A stretch of DNA of 64,000 nt from Eledone cirrhosa (taxonomy: Eukaryota). The translations under genes and the position numbers were made by a program. Location of the stretch: NCBI GenBank assembly GCA_964016885.1, contig OZ024741.1, positions 131,626,001-131,690,000 of the forward strand, in the 5' to 3' direction. Of this stretch, positions 1-15,313 are shown piece after piece. Each line of letters begins with the position of its first letter. Within the stretch, counting starts at the first letter, position 1. The notes under the pieces were generated by a model that was not told the origin of the DNA, searched no databases, and saw nothing but the letters and a program-made list of their open reading frames with translations.

Positions 1-332
1 AGGTCAGGCTTTTTCCCTATTATTCAGTATTTTGTTTTTGTTTGAATTTTACAGCTTTAATTGTTTTCGTTAACACGTCTTTACACGCCCTGTACCGTCC
101 GTGAGCTCCGTGTGGCTAATAAAAATACCAATATTATTACAGTTGTTATTATTATTCTCGATAAATGAGTTCAAATAACGGTGAGGTTAGTTTTGCTTTT
201 CATCCTTATGGGATTGATAAAATAAAGCACCAGTAATGTACTGGGGTCGATTTAATCGAGTCCCCCCCCCCAATTGCTGGCCTTGCGCCTATAGTAGGAA
301 TCTTTATTATTATTATTATTATTATTATTATT

Positions 333-1067
333 GTTCTTTAAGTCTCAGTCATTGATGTTAGTTAACTGGAAAGTTTGTTGAAATGAATATCAAGCCACTA
401 CCTGCAGCCTCAGATATTCAGGACGTATCGGAGGGTTCTTGCTGTTCCCTGCAAGCATGCATTTTGAAGCATTCCAAAAAGCGAGGCGGGGTCAATTTTC
501 TTTAACCATCCCTGGAAACTTTTTGAGATAGTACCTAGTGCGCCTATGACAATCGCGACCACTTTGACTTCATGGCAGTTCCAAATCCTTTTTACCTCCC
601 ACTTTCAGTCCTGGTATCGGTTAATTTTCTCCCTCTTCTTTTCTTGCACTCTCGTGTCGAATGGGCAGGCCACATCCACAATCAGGCACGATCTTTTTTC
701 CTTGTCCAAAACCACCAGGTCAGGTCTATTGTGTTCCAGTTTCTTGTCCGTCTGTATCCTAAAATCCCACAGCACCTTCACCTGATCGTTTTCTATCACC
801 GACTCTGGCTTATGCTCATACCACTTCTCAGAATGTGGTAAATTATTTACTTTGCATAGGTGCCAGTGGATCACCCTGCCCATCACATCATGTCTCCAGC
901 CCTTATAGTGAGTCTGGGCTAGGTGTTTACACTCCGATACAATGTGAGCCACAGTCTCCTCTCTCTCTCCACAGATCCTGCAGTGGGCTAACCTCCTCCT
1001 TGTAAATATGGTGTTTCAACCACTTCGTTTTGAGGGCCTGCTCTTGCGCAGCCATTAACATTCCTTC

Positions 1068-1070
<3 letters not shown>
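333..1070 (-). mobile_element. 5'-truncated R4/Dong-type non-LTR retrotransposon (CCHC + RLE domain), pseudogenised
   Basis: TEGMLMAAQEQAL...HIVSEC...RHD...LWDFRIQTD...NRPDLVV...DVACP (RLE motif), with a frameshift and a stop. (TAA)n flanks both sides (304-332, 1071-1148). Confidence 0.9.
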
Positions 1071-1144
<74 letters not shown>

Positions 1145-1779
1145 TATCATCAGTACAGCACAGGAAAAATGTGTCTCCAACGATATTTCTCTCATATTCC
1201 ATCCACAATTCAAAGCTCTCTCATATCCAAATTGTCTTTATCCTCTCGGAATCGACAGAATATTTGAGTCGATATAATTGACTGAACACCTCCCTCCCCC
1301 ATCGTATCTCCCAAATTATGCTGGAAAGAATTATTCCAATAGAAAATTAAAAAATAGAAATATTGTATGGAAATGCTGAAATAGCTTCAGGGTACATTAC
1401 ACACGGATAGAGATAAGCACTATCAATATCTGAATAGAAACGATCAGTGATAACAGGTTCACACAGGCATATAAAGGCTAATATGTATGTATGTATGTAT
1501 GTATGCATGTATAAACTTTCATGTAGATATTTTGGCTATACAGGGTGTCCCCAAAAAATGTATGCATACCTCGATTACCTGTACAGACAATATTTATTAG
1601 AATGTTGTTGAAGTGTGTATACATTTTGGGGTTTTCGATTCCTAGGCTGGGTTGCGTGTTGTGTTCTTCAGCAAAACACTTATTTGATATCATGCAAAGC
1701 ACATTGCAAACTGGCATATATCTTCCTAGGTATTCATCAGCCAATTTTCTTGAGCAACTGCTTCCTTTTTGTCCCTCAG

Positions 1780-1940
1780 CTGTCTTCTGTCTCTGCACTG
1801 CGGATTTCTTTCGTAAAAATCTGAAAGACAGTAGTCCGACTGAGGAACGAGCTCGTGAGGTGGGGTGGCTGTTGAAATGGTTGTCGCTGATCATTCTCCG
1901 AGGCAATACCTTTGTCATATTATCCACGAGGCGCAGCTGA
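1780..1940 (+). pseudogene. Possible CRE-type RLE retrotransposon C-terminal fragment
   Basis: EVGWLLKWLSLIILRGNTFVILST resembles the terminal LS..I.RGNA..IL motif of CRE/HERO-like ORFs. The match is short and judged by eye only. Confidence 0.35.
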
Positions 1941-2659
1941 AACACCACACAGACTGGGGTGTAGACTCTGTAGCGTCCTCACCCACTCTCTTTCTTTCGT
2001 AGCATAATTCTATTTCTTTTACTCTTATTCTTATATTTTGTACAGCTTTCTTTACTACTGGGCAATTTGCATTGCAATAAATTGTGAACATTGATAATAA
2101 TTATAATCCAGACTTTCTGTTTGTGGGAGCAGAAGATTTATTAGATACAAAGAAATTGCTCAGCTTGCTGTCTATCAGTGTACAGTTATAATAAATGTTA
2201 TTTTTGTTGAAATGTCTAATTCTAGAACAATCAAGACTGCAACTATGCTTTACATAAAAATAAAACAGTAGAAGGTAAGGGAATGATTTGAACCTGGGAC
2301 TTCTGAAATTAACAGTTAACCGCTCTGTTATTGCTGCTCAGAGAAATGTAAATTAAATTTAAACTTTAATTGACTGACTATATTTCAGATTGACAGTTTA
2401 ACATTCTCCTTTATCTGTGGAGGTGCGTAGTGTAAGGGAGTTGAACTGACGAGCATAATGTCGTGAGCTGGGTTCTGTATTGTATTTTTGAGCAAAACAC
2501 TTCATTTCACGTTGTTCCAGTATACTCAGCTGAAAGTGAATATCAGCAAATAGCTGGATGTTTAACCCTGCGATGGACTGTCGTCCAGTCCAGGGGGGAG
2601 TCTTGTAGCTATTGTATTGTAATAAATTGTATTTGTTAAAGTTTAAAAAAAATGGAATG

Positions 2660-3280
2660 TGTACACGAACAAGGCGTGGGGTCAGAGTCCACAAACACTC
2701 CTTCCTGCGGACCCTGCCAGAGTCCACAAACACTCCTTCCTGTGGGCCCTGCCAGAAGAAACCGTCTCCCAATTGATCCGACTGAATTACCAAGCGAGAT
2801 CAGACGAGCTCATGGATATTATCCAACCATGTTGCTCGGGGTCTACCCCTGGGTCTCATGCTGGTTGGTTTTGCTTGTAAAATCTGTCCAGCGATTCATT
2901 CCGGAGATATTCTGACCACATGCCCGTAATATCAGACCTGTGATGCCTCAGCTTGGAGAAGTAGCGGCTCTACTTGGAGTACTCTCTGGTCTCCGAGCTA
3001 CGCATTCTATCAAGTAACGTTGTTCCAAAATCCTTTCGGAAGAACCTCATTTCGGCCTTTTGTATTCGCAATTGTATTCTTTCGGTCAGTACCCAATATT
3101 CATGACTATATGTAGGGGTTGGCACAAATACCGAATTGAAGATAGCGAGTTTGGCTTTTACGCATACCTCCCTTCTTCCAATGACCGAATGCTGAAGCTG
3201 GCGCATTACTGTACCAGCTCCTGCAATTCATTCAGTTAATTCAGCCTCCTGCCTTCCATCACTAGTGAACAAGGAATAAG
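2660..3280 (-). mobile_element. RTE-clade LINE 3' fragment
   Basis: KAKLAIFNSVFVPTPTYSHEYWVLTERIQLRIQKAEMRFFRK and R.RGRPRATWLDNI are typical RTE C-terminal motifs. Confidence 0.85.
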
Positions 3281-3349
3281 TGAGAGAAGAAGAAGAAGAA
3301 GAAGAAGAAGAAGAAGAAGAAGAAGAAGAAGAAGAAGAAGAAGAAGAAG

Positions 3350-3383
<34 letters not shown>

Positions 3384-3414
3384 TGCACTCATCCACAAGG
3401 AAGAACATGATATA

Positions 3415-3830
3415 TTTCTTCTTCTTCGCCGCCCACTTATTCGTGAGAGGGTCGTGAGGGCAGTCCTCAAATATTCTTCCCAGCGTGTCCAGTCAGAAGC
3501 AACCGACTCAAACTGATTCGGCTGGATCCCCAAGCGTAACCGACCAAGCTCATCGATGTTATCCAACGATCTTACTCGGGGTCTACCCCTGGTTCTCTTG
3601 CCAGTTGGATTTGCCCGTAAGATCTGTTCAGCGGTTCTTCCCTCTAGACATTCTAACAACATGTCCATAGTATCGGAGCTGTGACCTCTCAATTCAGAGA
3701 AGTAGCGGCTCTACCTGGAGTGACTCTTTGATCTCCGAGTTACGCACTTTATCGAGTAACGTTACTTCAGACTCTTCGGAGGAACCCCATTTCGACGTTT
3801 GTATCCATTTCAGCCGCTTGTATCGCGATC
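3415..3830 (-). mobile_element. RTE-clade LINE 3' fragment (second copy)
   Basis: Homologous to 2750-3060; encodes PTGKRTRGRPRVRSLDNI; has a short (GAA)n tail. Confidence 0.8.
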
Positions 3831-3865
3831 GTATTCTATATCTTGTAAATAACATATTTCTACAC

Positions 3866-3866
<1 letters not shown>

Positions 3867-3956
<90 letters not shown>

Positions 3957-3983
3957 CATGTGTGTGTGTGTGTATATGTGTGT

Positions 3984-4080
<97 letters not shown>

Positions 4081-4140
4081 TGTGTGTGTGCGTGCGTGTG
4101 CCTGTGCGCGCGTGTGTGGGTGTGTATATATATAGAGAGA
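3867..4140. repeat. Compound (TA)n(TG)n microsatellite, representative of dozens in the window
   Basis: Read directly. Other large arrays: 3284-3378 (GAA), 15160-15430, 40203-40310 (GA), 41660-42050 (TA), 61185-61390 (TA). Confidence 0.98.
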
Positions 4141-4614
4141 TATATAGATATCGATACATAGGGTTGCTCACAGACAGTGTTACCGTGGCACCGTCAAGTT
4201 AACTACTGCAACTCACATGTGTGCAGCAAATCAGGCTTACAAATGTATTCGATATGTGCACAATTACCATATAGCATCATCCGATTTCATTAAAGTGACA
4301 CGTTAGCAGGAAAATCTCTATTTCTATCGTAATATATATATGTTCGGTAAGCGAATGAGGACTGGATCTTATCGATCAGTATATCGGTAGAGCGTCAGAT
4401 ACTATGCTTTGCAGCATAGTTATGGCCCTTTTCATTCTGATTTCAAATCCGCCGAGGTTAACTTTGCCTTTCATCCTTACGAGGTCGATAAAATAAAGTA
4501 TCAGTGGTGCATTGGCGTAATCGCTGGCCTTGTGCCAAAAATAGAAACTCTACAAGGGCGGTGCGACAGCTTGGCCTCAGCCGGATGGCTGGAACAGGTA
4601 AAAGAGTAAAAGAG

Positions 4615-4666
<52 letters not shown>

Positions 4667-4839
4667 CTGAGATCAGAGCAAACATCACGGACGCTCTATC
4701 TCAAAATTATTTTTGAAAAGCATTAGAAACGCGCAACCGGTAAAACTTAAAACCAAAACTTAATACTAACCAATACTATTACTAATTATCACTTATTCCT
4801 AATGAAACTATTTTTCACTGTGAACAATTTGTATATATA

Positions 4840-4870
<31 letters not shown>

Positions 4871-4979
4871 CATATTAACAAACTATGCAAATAAAATGCA
4901 AAAAAATATTGTAGACAATATGTTATAATCTTCTCAACAATACATATTACATTAAACATACTTCAAAAAGGAAAAACCT

Positions 4980-5083
<104 letters not shown>

Positions 5084-5097
5084 GAGGGAGAGAGAGA

Positions 5098-5141
<44 letters not shown>

Positions 5142-5187
5142 AAGAAAAAGAGAGTTTTGTGCTCATGCGCGGAGATGTTATAAAATA

Positions 5188-6659
5188 TCTATCTATATAA
5201 AACGGAAGATGTCTGTCTGTGTGTGTGTATGATATTTATGCATTTCCACATTTCTCTACCGATTTTGATGATTTTTCTTTCAATGTGCTCCAAATTTACC
5301 AATGATGGTCAACGCGTAATAAACTTTGCCAAAAATGTCCAGCTTCTATGAAAAGAATCGATAAAACTAAATACATGCTGTAATCCTCTCTCTTACACGC
5401 TTAATCCCTCTCTCTACTACGCTCAACAATCTATGCAACTACATACATGTTGCAACTCTCTTTAAAAGGTTCGTCCCTCCTTCTACTCCTCTCTCAATCT
5501 CCTCTGCAACTCTCTTTAGAAGGTTCATCCCTCCCTCTACTACCCTATCACTATTACAGTTTACAACAGCGACAAAACTTTATTCAGGAACGCGACATAA
5601 ACATTGAAAACTAAGCAACACATCAATTTATACAACAAACATAGCTTTACTCTCACCGTCGCGCTTCCCTCTCTCTATAATAGATCATTCCCCCTCTCTA
5701 TAATTTAACTGCTTTACTCTATCTGTCGCTCTTCACTCTCTATATGACAACACTGTTTTACACACTTCCCTGTAGTTTCTTTGCTTTACCCTCTCCGTCG
5801 CTCTTCCCTCTCTCTATAATAGATTATTCCCCCTCTCTATAATTTAACTGCTGGGGAAGTCATTGGAGTCCCGTATTGACATACGGCTTTTCTGGGGCAT
5901 TTTAAATCGACTTATTGCAAATAACAACCCGCAAAATAACACTTCATATAACAGATTAATGCTATAGACATATGAATCGGAATGTTTAAATTATTTATTT
6001 TTTACGACTTTAATTGGTTAAATATTAATATGACAACACCCATAGTGTTGTACTTCTGGCAATTCTGCCGAATGCACTGCCAAGGATGAACCTTTTCCCC
6101 CTCGGCGTCAGATATCCCGTTCGATTTCCGGCGATCCCAATTCCCGGTGAGACCATGTTTTGCCATGTCCATTAACAAGTCACAAGGGCAAACATTGACG
6201 GTGGCGGGCATCCATTTGGGGGAGCCATGCTTCTCCCATGGCCAACTTTATGTTGCCTGTTCCCGCGTAGGGAGCAGGAATGAACTTTTTGCTTACACTC
6301 CTCAAGGGATGACACGAAATATCGTCTACAAAGAGGTGCTATAGATGTTGGTGCAGGTGTTGGAAGTGTTGGAGCTATGCCGCCTGGAAAACTATTTCCT
6401 GGTAGGGTCACCTATGGCGGAGAGATGTGACACCCAGCGGCATCAGGGCCACCATCTTGCAACTTTGGTCTGCTAAATTCGCTATTGGAAGATTATTAAC
6501 CCATCATTGGTTGTCCAAAATGCTAATTGGTTCGTAACTTTTAATAACCGGTTCAATTGCTTTAATTGATAAGCTTATTCGCTTTCAAGCCACGTTTACC
6601 TGTATGTAACTTTTCATAGCAAATGAACAAACCCGAGCAACGCCGGGCTAAACTGCTAG
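5188..6659 (+). mobile_element. Non-autonomous Helitron retaining the helicase C-terminus
   Basis: 5' A|TCtatctatataaa start; 3' hairpin cccgagcaacgccggg followed by CTAG|T, i.e. an A-T target with no TSD. Internal ~70-bp duplication (5643-5713 and 5783-5852). Confidence 0.9.
6065..6344 (+). pseudogene. Pif1-like (RepHel) helicase C-terminal fragment
   Basis: QFPVRPCFAMSINKSQGQTL...PCFSHGQLYVACSRV...TRNIVYKEVL* covers helicase motifs V/VI and the Helitron-type C-terminus. Confidence 0.92.
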
Positions 6660-7251
6660 TATCTTATAAAATAAGATGAACTCTCTTAAAGACAGAAAAA
6701 GAACTTGCCATCCCCCATATATATATATATATATATATAATAAACTCATATGTACTTTGTAAAGTATCACATAGATGTTGCTTCACCGACCCGTGGGAGA
6801 TAATGCTGAATGTCGATCGGAATCGTGGAGTCTCGTTCTTTCGTATAGCCGTCTCCATCCGGATCGCAAGAAGTAGGGAGGTAGATCATCGACCCTCCAA
6901 ACCCGCGCCGAATATCAATCCAGCCTTTCTATATGCCCTGCTCTAATGGTAGATAATAATTGACTCTATGCTCCACCCTAGATATTGTGTATTCCTACTG
7001 AGTTTCCAGCAACATTATCTGTCAGGTTAGCAGAGTGGGAATGCCGCTTTAGTCGCCACCCTTGTAACATCTGGTAGAAGTGTTCATGTTGTCAGAACAA
7101 ACAGTGTGTGATATCATACGCACAAACTCTATATATATGCCTGTCATCCAAAAATAAAGCACTAGTAATGCAGAGATTCATCGACTTTCCCCTCCCACCA
7201 AATTGCTGGCCTTGTGCGTATAGTAGAAATCATTATACAAATATGTATATA

Positions 7252-7734
7252 CTATCCGAATTACCCGCGCTTTGCTGCGTTTCACACATTTTTTTTTTTT
7301 TTGTAAAAAAATGATGATTTATTTTAAATCAGTGATATAATTTATGAAGAAAAACTCTGCATTTCAATATTACTCAATGAAAAATGTCATGCATGAAAAA
7401 TTGAAAAACATTTTTTGTAATATATCAAATAAAAATTACATTATTAAATTTTGTTTCTTGTAAATAATTTTTTTTCAAAATATCAATTCAAAACTTTTGT
7501 GAATAGGCATCATATCTTGTCATTTACCTATGGTTTAAATTTCATATAAATCGAAGGGTAAAACGTTTCAGCGGGGGTTTGTGGCTCCGGGAAACACTTT
7601 GATTAAAATGAAATACACAATGTAGTTTCAGAATATATATGATTATGTGGGTCTATCTCCAAAACCATAGGAGTAGTTCGTGAACAAACAAACAAACTAA
7701 CAAACAGACAGGAATACAACTTTACATAGAGCGA
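7252..7734 (-). mobile_element. Short non-autonomous Helitron (degenerate)
   Basis: Minus strand starts tc..tctatgtaaagttgtattcctgtctgtttgtt and ends with a GC-rich imperfect hairpin plus ATAG (mutated CTAG). Confidence 0.55.
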
Positions 7735-7755
7735 TATATGTCTGTGTGTATTATA

Positions 7756-7802
<47 letters not shown>

Positions 7803-8072
7803 CTGTGTATAATATATAAATGCATATATATGTGTGTATATATTTGTAGATGTATGTATAGTTGTATAAGACCCTCTACATGTTATGCAGTATAATATAC
7901 AATATGCACCAATATAAAATAACAAGAGTCATCATACACAACAAAATGGCCGCTGGTTCAAAATACTTCCGTTCAACGTCGTTCTGCGTTCTGACTAGCG
8001 AAACTATGATAGGTTGATATAACGCCATCTTTGGTTTGTTGCTCATAACTATAACTATATGATCATACAATT

Positions 8073-8139
<67 letters not shown>

Positions 8140-8528
8140 TCACTCTCTCTCTCTGTCACTCTCTCTGTCACTCTCTCTCTCTCGCTCTTACTCTCTTTGA
8201 TATATTTGATATATCACCATTTTTAGTTTGCTGCTCATAACTATATGATCAAACGATTTAGTCTCTTCCTGTTTCTCCCATCCTCTCACATGCGTTCTCT
8301 CTCTGCCTTTCTTCCCCCCCCCCCCCCTCTCTGCTTCTCGATCACTCTCTCCTTCTTAGTCTTTTAACATACCTCTGTAAATTTCTGTCTCTTAGTCTCC
8401 CTCCCTCTTTCTTTCTTTAAATATACATCTATGTTTCTTACACTCTATATCTCCTACACGAACGTCTCTGCCTTTCACTCTCTATGCCTTTTTTCCTCCC
8501 TCTTCCTATGCCCCCCATCTCTATCTCT

Positions 8529-8613
<85 letters not shown>

Positions 8614-8620
<7 letters not shown>

Positions 8621-8699
8621 GAGATTCTACAGGACTAGAAGTGTTTCATTCATTAGAAATCATCAGGAATCATCATAGTCCTGTAGAATCTCTTCTATA
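8614..8699. repeat. Small inverted repeat (24-bp arms) in (TA)n
   Basis: tatagaagagattctacaggacta...tagtcctgtagaatctcttctata. Confidence 0.85.
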
Positions 8700-8773
8700 T
8701 TAAAACTGTTATACTCTGCTATGTATTGAGTACCTTACTTACTGTGGTTACCTCCGATTCAACCCGGAATAAC

Positions 8774-8840
<67 letters not shown>

Positions 8841-9365
8841 CAGTATATATATATATATATCTTTCCCTTCTTTCTCTCACTTTCTATATTTCTCTGTCTC
8901 GCCCCCTTTTTATTACTTATGTCTCGCTCGTACTATGTATAAATCTGTCCTCCATCATTTCTCCCTATTTCTCTCTGTCCTTTTTCTCTTTTCTTTCAAG
9001 CTTTGTTTCTCCTACACTTACTCATGACCTCTCTCTAATACTCTCTCTATCCACTCCTGTCTCTATCCACCCCTCATGTCTATGTCATTCTTTATGGACC
9101 CCCCCCCCCTACCACCACCACCACTCCCCCACACATATTTGCTATCGTGTTATTTTTTCAAGCTTAACATCCACCCTTTCGCCACATTTTTCTCTAGACC
9201 GTTACAAGTGCACACAAACACACATATCCACACACACACACACATACACACACACACACACACACCCATAAGCGCACACATATATTTATACCCACACATT
9301 CACACACATTCGCATATGTGCTCATATATGTTCGCACAGGCATGCCCTGAATCAGAAACATGAAA

Positions 9366-9436
<71 letters not shown>

Positions 9437-9752
9437 AACAATACGTATATACTCACAAACATGTACTCATACATACAAAGACGCATATATATGTTCACAT
9501 ATGCATACACTTATACAAATACACATATACACTACACATACGCTCACAACTTTACGCATATACTGACACATACATACACACACACGCGCGCACATATATG
9601 TGCACAGCCATATTTACTCACGAATACACATATGCGCGCGCGTGCCTACACCCACTCATATACTTACGTATACGCCTAAACACACTTACACATACATACT
9701 CATACAATTCATATTGCTGGTCTGTTAAAAAAAGATAGCAACAAATAAAATA

Positions 9753-10338
9753 ATTGCTTCTACTTTTGGCACAAGGCCGGAAATTATCCCAGTGCATTAC
9801 TGGATTACTGGTACTTTATTTTATCTACCCCGTAAGGATGAAAGGCAAAGTTAACCTCGGTGGGATTTGAACTCAGATCGTAAAGGGCCGTAACTCTATG
9901 CTGCAAAGCATGGCGTCCAACCCTCTACCAATTCTGCCAATAATGATTGTTTCTACTTTTGGCACAAGGCCAGCAATTGCCCAGTGTATTACTGGTACTT
10001 TATTTTATCGACCCCGTAAGGATGAAAGGCAAAGTTAACCTCGGCGGGATTTGAACTCAGAATGGCAAGGGCCGTAACTCTATGCGTCAAAGCATGGCGT
10101 CCGACCCACTACCGATTCTGCCAATAATAATTTTGATGTTAGGCACAAGGCCAACAATTTTGTGGGGAGTGGAAAGTCGAATAAATCGACTCCAGTATAT
10201 TACTGGTGCTTTATTTTATCGACCCCGTAGGGATGAAAGGCAAAACTATCCTCGGCGGGATTTGGACTCAGAACGTGAAAAGCCGCACCTCTATGTCACA
10301 AAGCATGCTGGCCGACGCTTTATCGATATTGCCAATTC
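9753..10338 (-). mobile_element. Three tandem copies of tRNA-derived SINE family A
   Basis: Each has a B box (gagttcaaatcc on the minus strand) and the central gcctttcatccttacggggtcgataaaataaagtaccag domain, which from recall resembles the MetaSINE domain. Confidence 0.85.
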
Positions 10339-10339
10339 A

Positions 10340-10870
10340 ACAAATATATTAACGCTACAGTACCAACTGCAGCAACACATTAACAGCAACCATGCAATAA
10401 TTAACAACAGCAAGAGTACCAAGTGCCCTGCAGCAACATATTAACAGTAAAAGTTCAATAACAAACAACTACAAAAGTACGAACCACAGCAACATATGCA
10501 TAAAAACAACAATAATAATAATATTAACTACACGATGGACAGCTGTAACAACAAAATGCAACTATATTAGCAAGCATAACCGTAATATCGTTATCATAAC
10601 CAGCACTATCAACAGCAGCAATACGACTAAAAATAAATAGCAGCAATAACAATAACAACCGCAGCAACAACAATAACAACCGCAGCTGCAACAATAACAA
10701 CTACAATTTCAACAATAACATCCGCAATAGCAATAATAACGGCAACAACTACTATAACAACTACAGCAGCAATATTAACAGCTGTTGCAGCAACAATATC
10801 AACTGCAGCAACAACAATAGCAACTGCAGCAATAATAACTTCAGTAGCAACATTAAGAGTTGCACCACTA
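10340..10870. repeat. Cryptic AAC/AGC/AAT trinucleotide low-complexity tract
   Basis: Degenerate caa/cag/taa repeats with frequent stop codons. Confidence 0.8.
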
Positions 10871-11552
10871 CCACTATTTCGGGTTTGCTAATATGTTTCT
10901 ACCACTTTCGTAACCATATTTCTAAGGAAAGACACTACTTATGATTTCAAATAATTTTGAAAATAATCAAGAATTTGGATGGATATAGTAATATAAATAT
11001 CTCTCAAACTATTAAGTTGGTGTTTGGAAGAAATATAACTTAGCAAAAGTTCTTACATAAAATTATGATGGAAAGGTTTTAGATGAATATTAGCACATTA
11101 AAATAAACGGGTTAATTTCAAACAGTTTAGTATAAAAAATGTTATGAGGTTTTTTAAAAAATAAAAGCGACCTGATGATCATAGTTGAAAGGTCCTTTCA
11201 TTATAAGCTAACTAGACTAATGCTGATTTGGGGTTAAGCAATAAAATTAAAATACATCTGTATTCAGTCAAAACGCTCCTATAACACAATATTTAGCTCA
11301 TATTGCTCTACTAATAGAAACCTAATTGTATTATAGTATGCGGTATGTTCCCCTGAGACATTCCCCCACCTTGTCATATTATTAATAGACACACATGCAA
11401 ATCCTGAATTAAGTCTCCACGCCGCTCTCCCACCCCTCCCAAAATTTCTGAAATAATTTCAACGCTACACTGGTTAGGAAGTGCAACAGTCCATGCAAGG
11501 TGAACTCACATTTGGAATTTTCTGCTTGACTCCACAACAATGCTGCTAACAC

Positions 11553-11790
<238 letters not shown>

Positions 11791-13395
11791 CTTCTACCTG
11801 GAGTTGCGACCGATAGATAGTATTAGCAATTCGAAAGACCAACGGAAACATTGTTCCCTCGGTCCGATTTGACGAAAGTCGATCGGTAGAGAATATATAT
11901 ATGCTTGTGCGTCGGTGTTTATAATCAGTACTCTAGTGGTTCGACAAACAAGTACCAAACTTGAACAAAATAACTATTGGTGTCGACATGGTCGATTAAA
12001 TAAAGGTGATGCCTCGGTATGGCCGCTGTCTAATGACTGAAATCGGTAAGACAGTAACATGATGTCTCAATAAAAGATAGGATAGTGGGGTCTGTCGCAA
12101 CATTAGGGAGACTGTGGCATCTCAGATTAATCACTAATCCTGGATTTCACATATTGTGAAACTTTCTCTAGTACTATCGTTATCGTATTGGCTACAAATC
12201 CCGGCACCGCCACTTCTATTGCTTTTCAACTTTTATTTAATTATTTATATATGCACTTATATATTGGTTCTCGCCGTCTTTGTCTCTTTTTCTGTTTGTA
12301 AATATATACAACTGAACATAAAATCCTGACTTAATAAAACACATTACCATTTATGTGAATATCATATAACTAATCTATGCATATTGAATAGAAGCACTAG
12401 ATTAAGTGAAATTGAAAAGAGTAGAAATTTATTGGAAACTATTCTTGAATATAATGCACGAATCTTTCATTCCTAAAATTCTTTAAGTCTAAAAGTAACT
12501 TTAAGAGTGAATGTTGGGAAGTAAGCTATCCATATAAATAAAATTGTTCAGAACGGTATTTCCTTTTTTCCTCCTCTCTCTTTCCATTTACGATTGTCAC
12601 CATCAACGTCAATGGTGCCGCCAACAACGCTACAGTGACTTATTCTGATTTACTTCCCTTAGTGTTACAGACTCATTACGTGTTTATATGTAAACGCTTA
12701 TGTACATGTGTGCGTGTGTGTGTAATTATTGGTTTCTAATTTAGGCACAAGACCAACAAATTTGGAGTCAGCGGAATGTCGATTATACTGAAGCAGTATT
12801 TGATTGGTACTTTATTTCATCGACCCGGGAGGATGAAAGGCAATTTTGATATGGGCTTTTAAATGTTAGTCTTCTTTGTGTGTATCAATTTCTCTTGGCA
12901 GGAAAAGACAGACAGGCAAGGTCAGAAATTTGAGGAGAGGAGAATATTAGATTATTTTGACCTCCGTATTTGATTGATACTTTATTTATCGGACCTGAAA
13001 GGAAGGAAATTAAATTTGACCTCCGTGGGATATGGAAACAAGGCGTAAAGAGTTGGAACCAATAAAACAAGGGAATTTTTTCTGATGTTCAAACGATTCT
13101 GCTAATACACTTCTATTTTAAGGTAAAAAGTCCGTCACGCTAAGGAAAGTAACTCAGGGTAAGTCATAGTAGTGGCGTTAGCGACGGTGGAGACATTGAT
13201 GATATTCCATTTCGTGAGCATTATTGACCTTCTTTAACAAACTGGTTACCTGGAGGTCAAATACGTGGCTAATGTTTTTGTATAAAGTAAGCTGTCAAAG
13301 CTAACTTCGCGGCGTTCGTGCGTAATAAAGCTAATGGATAGTAAAGAGAAAACAGGAATGAAAGTGTCAGATAGACAGACAGACTTATATGTATA

Positions 13396-14089
<694 letters not shown>

Positions 14090-15181
14090 TAAAATTAGAA
14101 CAAGAAGACAGGACTGTCCGTCATCAGTGATCTTCCAGCCAACATTGGTATTTCTTCGCATTAAAGACCATATACCTCAGGCTGGTGCGAGCAATAACTA
14201 AAAAAAGTTATTGGGACAGGTAGAATTGGGTGTAGAAAGCGAGACATGTAAACAAACAGAGATGGTAATATCAACGGAAAGAGGGGAAAAAGAGAAGCCT
14301 GTCTTCTAATTTTATTCATATGTATCCCTTTTATTCATATGTATCCCATCTGCAACAACGCAGCACGCCATTTTTCATATATATATATATATATATATAT
14401 AATATGAGAGAGAGAATGAGTGGGGTTGAGAAAGAGGGAGATGTAGAACGGAACACGTCCTTCCTGCTAAGGGAAGTAACTCAGATAGGATAGTGAGGAA
14501 CATTCATAATGTCCTACAGTTACTTTGACCTCCAGCATTATATTTTTTTCATGATATTTCTCCTATATTGTTTATTCGTAAAGATAGCTCATTGCCGTTG
14601 AACATAACTTTGAAATATAAGCATTAACATTCGTTGAGTGATAGGAAGTATGAGTTTGAAAGAAGCATAAATATTGTTTCACTATGAAAAATAGTCTTAT
14701 AAGTTGGGCATATAAACCATGAAGATGAGAAAAAGTTTTACAGCATGGTCAGTGTTGTCCAAAGTTTTTCCGTCTTCTGGATTTATATGCCCATCTTTCA
14801 AATTGATGAGCATTTAAATATATGTAGTATATCAATAAATGTTTGGTATTCCACACTCAACGTTCCTCTCCCATACCTGCTTGAGTCGTAGGTGTGCCGT
14901 AGTCACGGGCATTTAAACTTGGCGAAGCTAATCCCTTTTCAGGTCTGAACGCAGCCGATTTCTGTCCTAAGCGACAAAGGGAAGAAAAGAAATTGAGAGA
15001 CAGAGAGAGTGTGTGTGGGGGGGGGGGGGGTCGGCTCAGTACTGGAGCGGTACTTTATTTTCCGATCTCAAAATATAAAGTTGACAACAGGAACAATGTT
15101 TGGAAACGTCATCAAAATTTCAGCGAATCATGTGTCTTAAACTCTTTTTCTTTCTTTATCGTACACACACACACACACACA

Positions 15182-15313
<132 letters not shown>

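Noticed and set aside
1539-1632. Tiny Tc1/mariner-like MITE (tacagggtgtcccc start with a short inverted match)
   Set aside because: The right end is incomplete and there is only one copy in the window.
10340-10870. Possible polyQ/N coding exon
   Set aside because: Frequent stops and no splice context.
11170-11200. CTGATGA...GAAA hammerhead-like motif
   Set aside because: Stems I and II cannot form, so it is probably a chance match.
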